Part shown: positions 27,698-32,000 of the stretch, piece by piece
How positions within the stretch are numbered: the first letter of the stretch is position 1
Layout: the number at the start of each line of letters is the position of its first letter
Sequence record: CM040116.1
Strand: one strand, 5' to 3'
Length of the DNA: 32,000 nt
Made by a program: the position numbers and the translations under genes
Notes under the pieces: model-generated
Database searches by the model: none
Told to the model about the DNA's origin: nothing
What the model saw: the letters and a program-made list of their open reading frames with translations, nothing else

Positions 27698-27997
27698 TCA
27701 ATTTGTACCGATAAAATTAAATTCTGGAAATGTATCTTGAGCTTGTTTTAAGGATATGTTTTTCCCTTTTTCTTGCCAAAAATTTATTATTTCAGTTGTT
27801 TTGTTGAGTAAATCTATTCTTTCATTTTCATGGATCCATGGTTTTGATTCTAATTCTGTTTTTAGTTCTTCCCATGCATCATTACGAGGCCAAAAAAAAT
27901 AAGATGTTAGTGGGCTTTTATTTTGACCTATAATGTAATCAATAGCTATAGCTATATTATTTTCAAGCCATAAAATTTTAAATGTAAATTTAGACAT
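27698..27997 (-). CDS. ycf65: Plastid-specific ribosomal protein 3 (PSRP-3 / Ycf65)
   Basis: 99 aa. FKILWLENNIAIAIDYIIGQNKSPLTSYFFWPRNDAWEELKTELESKPWI matches the Ycf65 signature (FFWPR.DAWE.LK.ELE.K.WI). Confidence 0.88.
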   Translation of the reverse strand: MSKFTFKILWLENNIAIAIDYIIGQNKSPLTSYFFWPRNDAWEELKTELESKPWIHENERIDLLNKTTEIINFWQEKGKNISLKQAQDTFPEFNFIGTN

Positions 27998-28021
27998 ACT
28001 AATCTCCTTAGATGTAATTTA

Positions 28022-28258
28022 TTAATTTTGTTTTTCAAGCTGGCTTATAATTTGTTGCACTTTTTTAGTAGTTTGAGCACCTTCATTTATTCTTTTTCTA
28101 GCTTTTTCTAGGTTGATTTGTGATGTATTAGTTATTGGATTATAAAATCCTATTTCTTCAATAGCTCTTCCGTCTCTGGGTTTTCTGCTATCTATAACTA
28201 TAACCCTGTAACTAGGTTGTTTTTTTCTTCCAAATCTTTTTAATCTGATTTTTAACAT
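28022..28258 (-). CDS. rps16: 30S ribosomal protein S16
   Basis: 78 aa. [41 protein letters not shown] is canonical S16. Confidence 0.93.
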   Translation of the reverse strand: MLKIRLKRFGRKKQPSYRVIVIDSRKPRDGRAIEEIGFYNPITNTSQINLEKARKRINEGAQTTKKVQQIISQLEKQN

Positions 28259-28351
28259 GTTAATTTGAAGATATAAATAAATATAGTGTTTATATTTAAT
28301 ATTAAATAATTTTTTATTTGATTAATCAACTCTTGTGATGTAAAATCAATT

Positions 28352-28642
28352 TTAAGTCATAGATTCGAGCTGTATATTATTAAATATAACTGTTAGGCAT
28401 TGTAAAAAAATAATTCCAAGCATAGGAGACATATCCATTCCAAATATCATAGGTATTGTCCCTCTAAATAATTTAAGGTATGGATCTGTAAGTCTGTTGA
28501 GAGAGCAAAAAGGTTCATTATACCAATTTACTGTTGGAAACCAAGCTAAAGATAGTTTCAATAAAATAGATATAAGGTATATTTCAGAAAAATTAGCTAT
28601 AGATGTAAAAATTAAATTACAAGAATTTATTATAATATTCAT
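28352..28642 (-). CDS. ycf19: YGGT-family membrane protein Ycf19
   Basis: 96 aa with ...LAWFP..NWYNEPF..L.RLTDPYLKLFRGTIPMIFGMDMSPMLG..., the YGGT/Ycf19 signature. Confidence 0.85.
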   Translation of the reverse strand: MNIIINSCNLIFTSIANFSEIYLISILLKLSLAWFPTVNWYNEPFCSLNRLTDPYLKLFRGTIPMIFGMDMSPMLGIIFLQCLTVIFNNIQLESMT

Positions 28643-28700
28643 TATTTTATAATATAGAGATTTAACGATAGATTAATAAATTAATTAACATAAACTTATG

Positions 28701-29255
28701 TTAATTGATTTTTATAGTATATATGTTTAATTGTGGGTATTTTTTAGCTAAATATCTTAAAATATTGTTATTGCATGTAAGGCAGATGATTTGTACATAA
28801 TTTAAATTAATTTGGTTATTTTTTTGCAAGTAGTTTATAATTTCAATTATTCTATAATTTTTTAGAAATTTTTCAAATATAATTATTTTATATTCTTCCA
28901 GTTTTTCGTTACAATAAAAGTTATTATTTATATTATTAAAATCTATATGTCTTAAATAAGATTCAGGTAGTATTCTTTGTACATCTGCGAGAATATTATA
29001 AGATTCTATTATATTAGTCATAATTAAATATTTGTCTAATTGATTTAATAAACATTTTTCTTCTAAAATATCAACTTTTTTTATATATATGTTATCTATT
29101 TTTAACCATTTTCTTAATATCTCATAAAAAATAAGCATTCCTAATGTTTTTTCATTATTTGCATCTTTAAGTTGTTTATGTGATTTTTGATAAATAATTT
29201 CATATGCTAATTTTTGTATAGTTGGATGGATAAGTGTATGTATATTTAGTCTCAT
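28701..29255 (-). CDS. upp: Uracil phosphoribosyltransferase homologue (degenerate, probably non-catalytic)
   Basis: Starts MRLNIHTLIHPTIQKLAYEI (compare Upp V..HPL..HKL). The C-terminal ICLTCNNNILRYLAKKYPQLNIYTIKI resembles V.VAAPEG...L...HP.V.IYTA.ID. The PRPP loop and uracil-binding tail are not recognisable. The track ORF starts at TTG 29300. Confidence 0.6.
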   Translation of the reverse strand: MRLNIHTLIHPTIQKLAYEIIYQKSHKQLKDANNEKTLGMLIFYEILRKWLKIDNIYIKKVDILEEKCLLNQLDKYLIMTNIIESYNILADVQRILPESYLRHIDFNNINNNFYCNEKLEEYKIIIFEKFLKNYRIIEIINYLQKNNQINLNYVQIICLTCNNNILRYLAKKYPQLNIYTIKIN

Positions 29256-29355
29256 TTTAATTAAAATAAACTGAATACTCTTGAATATTTTTTTGTACAA
29301 TTTTATAATATAGTATATCTGATTTTGAACAGAAAAATAGAGGTGGCTGAATTAT

Positions 29356-29505
29356 ATGAAAATTTATCATCAACGTAATAGATGGATTTGGGGCTTTTCC
29401 ATAGGCTCTGAGACTTGGAATGGAAGATTAGCTATGATAGCCTTTGTTATGGTTTTTGCTATAGAATTTTTTTCTTTACCTATAATAGAAATGCTTGGAA
29501 TTTAG
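29356..29505 (+). CDS. ycf17: One-helix CAB/ELIP/HLIP-family protein (Ycf17)
   Basis: 49 aa, MKIYHQRNRWIWGFSIGSETWNGRLAMIAFVMVFAIEFFSLPIIEMLGI*. Contains the chlorophyll-binding helix motif E.WNGRLAM..F. Below the ORF-track cutoff. Confidence 0.8.
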   Translation: MKIYHQRNRWIWGFSIGSETWNGRLAMIAFVMVFAIEFFSLPIIEMLGI

Positions 29506-29542
29506 TGTATTAGATTCAATTTTCTTAGTTTGGTTAATATAA

Positions 29543-29580
29543 AAAAACTATTCTTAACTATAAAGTTAAGAATAGTTTTT
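29543..29580. terminator. Perfect 17-bp hairpin between convergent ycf17 and psbC
   Basis: aaaaactattcttaact (29543-29559) is the exact reverse complement of agttaagaatagttttt (29564-29580). The loop is ataa. Confidence 0.55.
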
Positions 29581-29606
29581 AACTTAAATATATTTCTAAT
29601 ATAAGT

Positions 29607-31067
29607 TTAATCCAATGGCCTCATAGATAAAACAGCTTCGTTTTCTCTATTAATACCTTTTTCGAATCCTGCTGCTGCAGCTCTTGCACGTCCTGCATGC
29701 CATAGATGTCCAATAAAGAGGAAGAATCCTAAAAAGAAATGAGATGTTGTTAACCAACTTCTAGGTGAAACGTAGTTTACAGAATTGATTTCTGTTGCAA
29801 CACCACCTACAGAATTTAGTGACCCTAATGGTGCATGTGTCATATATTCTGCTGCACGCCTTTCTTGCCATGGTTGTATATCGTTTTTAATTTTATTTAG
29901 ATCTAATCCATTAGGTCCTCTTAATGGTTCTACCCAAGGAGCTCTTAGATCCCAGAAACGCATTGTTTCTCCTCCAAAAATTATTTCTCCACTTGGTGAT
30001 CTCATTAAGTACTTTCCTAGTCCTGTAGGACCTTGTGCAGATGCTACATTCGCTCCTAATCTTTGATCTCTTACCAGGAATGTAAAAGCTTGTGCTTGAG
30101 ATGCTTCTGGTCCTGTAGGTCCATAAAATTCGCTCGGATATGCTGTGTTATTATACCATACATAGTTAGATGCAGTTAATCCCATAATAGATAGAGCACC
30201 TAAGCTATAAGATAAGTAAGCTTCACCAGACCAAACAAATGCTCTTCTTGCCCAAGCAAATGGTTTTGTAAGAATATGCCATATTCCTCCTGCAATGCAA
30301 GTAACTCCAATCCAGACATGTCCACCAATTAAATCTTCCATATTATTGACACTGACTATCCAACCGTCGCCTCCAAATGGAGATTTTAGTACATATCCAA
30401 AGATAATAGCAGGGTTTAAAGTAGGATTACTGATTAATCTTACATCTCCACCTCCAGGAGCCCATGTATCATATACTCCGCCAAAAAACAATGCTTTAAT
30501 GACAAGTAAAAAGGATCCTATTCCTAAAAGTATAAGATGTATACCAAGTATTGTTGTCATTTTGTTTTTATCTCTCCAATCATAACCAAAGAAAGGAAAA
30601 GACTCTTCAAGAGTATCTGGTCCGATTAAAGCATGGTATAATCCTCCAAAACCTAGTACTGCAGAAGATATTAGGTGTAAAATGCCTACTACGAAGTATG
30701 GGTATATATTGGTTATGTCTCCACCTGGGCCAACTCCCCATCCTAAAGTTGCTAAATGAGGTATAAGTATAAAACCTTGTTCATATAAAGGCTTTTCGGG
30801 TATGAAATGAGCAACTTCAAATAAAGTCATTGCTCCTGTCCAAAAAACCATTATACCTGCATGAGCAACATGAGCGCCTAATAGCTTACCTGATACATTG
30901 ATTAATCTTGCATTGCCAGACCACCATGCAAATCCTGTAGATTCAATATCTCTGCCGCTTACGATATTTTGATTAAAGGGCGTTTCCACGTGGTAAAACC
31001 TCCTCAGGGAATATAAAGTTTTCGTGTGGTTGGTCTTGTGCTGCCATCCATGCACGAATACCTTCAT
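29607..31067 (-). CDS. psbC: Photosystem II CP43 (PsbC); start codon uncertain (ATG 31067, or GTG 30989 as in land plants)
   Basis: Near-invariant CP43 sequence (…[42 protein letters not shown]… to …AVLSMRPLD*). Overlaps the psbD 3' end as in all plastids and cyanobacteria. Confidence 0.95.
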   Translation of the reverse strand: MKVFVHGWQHKTNHTKTLYSLRRFYHVETPFNQNIVSGRDIESTGFAWWSGNARLINVSGKLLGAHVAHAGIMVFWTGAMTLFEVAHFIPEKPLYEQGFILIPHLATLGWGVGPGGDITNIYPYFVVGILHLISSAVLGFGGLYHALIGPDTLEESFPFFGYDWRDKNKMTTILGIHLILLGIGSFLLVIKALFFGGVYDTWAPGGGDVRLISNPTLNPAIIFGYVLKSPFGGDGWIVSVNNMEDLIGGHVWIGVTCIAGGIWHILTKPFAWARRAFVWSGEAYLSYSLGALSIMGLTASNYVWYNNTAYPSEFYGPTGPEASQAQAFTFLVRDQRLGANVASAQGPTGLGKYLMRSPSGEIIFGGETMRFWDLRAPWVEPLRGPNGLDLNKIKNDIQPWQERRAAEYMTHAPLGSLNSVGGVATEINSVNYVSPRSWLTTSHFFLGFFLFIGHLWHAGRARAAAAGFEKGINRENEAVLSMRPLD

Positions 31068-32000
31068 TTAATAAAATATTTTTAGTATAAAATGTTTCAA
31101 ATTCTGGATCTTCAGCTGCTCTTAACTCTTGTGATACAAAATCATATGCTCTTAAATTTAATGCTAGGCCAACTATGCCAAATGCACTAGTCCACATTCC
31201 TGTAACTGGTACGAATAACATAAAGAAATGTAACCATCTTTTGTTAGAGAAAGCTACACCAAAAATTTGTGACCAGAAGCGATTAGCTGTTACCATTGAG
31301 TAGGTCTCTTCAGACTGTGTAGGAGTAAATGCTCTAAATGTATCTGCAGCATCCCCGTCTTCAAATAAAGTATTTTGAACAGTAGCACCATGGATTGCAC
31401 ATAACAAAGCTCCTCCAAGTATTCCAGCTACACCCATCATATGGAATGGATTTAATGTCCAGTTGTGGAATCCTTGTAAAAATAGTAAAAATCTAAAGAT
31501 TGCAGCTACACCAAAGCTAGGTGCAAAGAACCAGCTTGCTTGCCCAAGTGGATACATTAAAAATACAGATACAAATACAGAAATTGGGCCTGAAAATGCA
31601 ATAGCATTATATGGTCTAATTCCAACTAATCTGGCAATTTCAAACTGTCTTAAGCAAAAGCCAATTAATCCAAATGATCCATGTAAAGCAATAAATGTCC
31701 AAAGACCTCCAATCTGGCACCATCGAGTAAAATCGCCTTGTGCTTCAGGACCCCACAGCAGTAATAATGAATGTCCCATACTGTTAGCTGGTGTTGATAC
31801 AGCTGCAGTTAAAAAGTTGCAGCCTTCTAAATATGAGCTTGCTAATCCGTGTGTATACCAAGATGTCACGAATGTCGTTCCTGTTAACCATCCTCCTAAT
31901 GCTAAATAAGAACATGGGAAAAGGAGTAAACCAGACCAGCCTACAAATACAAAGCGGTCTCTTTTTACCCAGTCATCGATTAAGTCAAATCTACCACGAG
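30973..32000 (-). CDS. psbD: Photosystem II D2 (PsbD), 5' end (about 10 codons) beyond the window
   Basis: The frame is open from 31998 down to TAA 30973-30975. It reads [62 protein letters not shown]...[10 protein letters not shown]. The track ORF begins only at an internal GTG (31869). Confidence 0.97.
   Translation of the reverse strand, partial: RGRFDLIDDWVKRDRFVFVGWSGLLLFPCSYLALGGWLTGTTFVTSWYTHGLASSYLEGCNFLTAAVSTPANSMGHSLLLLWGPEAQGDFTRWCQIGGLWTFIALHGSFGLIGFCLRQFEIARLVGIRPYNAIAFSGPISVFVSVFLMYPLGQASWFFAPSFGVAAIFRFLLFLQGFHNWTLNPFHMMGVAGILGGALLCAIHGATVQNTLFEDGDAADTFRAFTPTQSEETYSMVTANRFWSQIFGVAFSNKRWLHFFMLFVPVTGMWTSAFGIVGLALNLRAYDFVSQELRAAEDPEFETFYTKNILLNEGIRAWMAAQDQPHENFIFPEEVLPRGNAL

Noticed and set aside
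28643-28700. Checked whether the missing Upp C-terminal region is hidden by a frameshift downstream of the upp stop.
   Set aside because: Only 58 nt separate the upp stop from the ycf19 start codon, which is too short to encode the ~30 missing residues in any frame.
29785-31909. ORFs 29785..30066(+), 30295..30585(+), 30551..30766(+) and 31463..31909(+).
   Set aside because: Antisense to psbC and psbD; Pro/Ser-rich mirror frames.
1-32000. Looked for a novel bacterial-type system: defence island, CRISPR array, toxin-antitoxin, transposon, integron, prophage or biosynthetic cluster.
   Set aside because: Every long ORF but two is a recognisable conserved plastid gene in a red-algal-type arrangement. 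There are no direct-repeat arrays, no transposase, integrase or recombinase motifs, and no terminal inverted repeats flanking a cargo. The only selfish element is the DnaB mini-intein.

Overview
The window is an AT-rich, very gene-dense fragment of a red-algal-type (rhodophyte) plastid genome, not a bacterial accessory region. Genes such as argB, ilvB, pheT/syfB, hisS/syh, moeB, upp, ntcA, ycf29, thiS, dnaB, clpC, ftsH and groEL sit alongside photosystem, cytochrome b6f and ribosomal genes. The order read from the sequence is: psbB(3' end)-psbT-psbN-psbH-psaE-ftsH-trnD-trnS-trnM-argB-ycf33-ilvB-trnT-trnY-trnV-rpl19-orf-dnaB(with mini-intein)-trnF-clpC-psb28-pheT-rnpB-rps1-thiS-trnH-ycf29-ntcA-petB-petD-rpl12-rpl1-rpl11-trnW-moeB-rpl9-trnQ-hisS-trnR-groEL-orf-ycf65-rps16-ycf19-upp-ycf17-psbC-psbD(5' end outside the window). 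Three small CDS (psbT, psbN, ycf17), 11 tRNAs and an RNase P RNA (rnpB) are absent from the ORF track and were found by reading the sequence. I see no CRISPR array, transposon, defence island or other clearly novel system; this is mostly conserved plastid core. Items worth a second look: (1) a 1-nt frameshift in a T6 run inside the conserved C-terminus of psbB; (2) an orphan ORF after groEL whose only ATG is separated from the long frame by 1 nt in an A9 run. Both fit either homopolymer under-calling or slippage. (3) a 143-codon endonuclease-less mini-intein in dnaB at the RESG/SIEQDAD site; (4) an orphan 134-140 codon ORF in frame with dnaB, separated by a single TAG; (5) degenerate upp and moeB homologues that lack canonical motifs; (6) ACG at the usual psbC ATG position; (7) an ORF-free 535-bp spacer between trnW and rpl11 carrying a partial copy of the trnW 5' region; (8) long perfect hairpins at convergent gene junctions. 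All homology calls come from recognising motifs by eye and memory; no database search was run.
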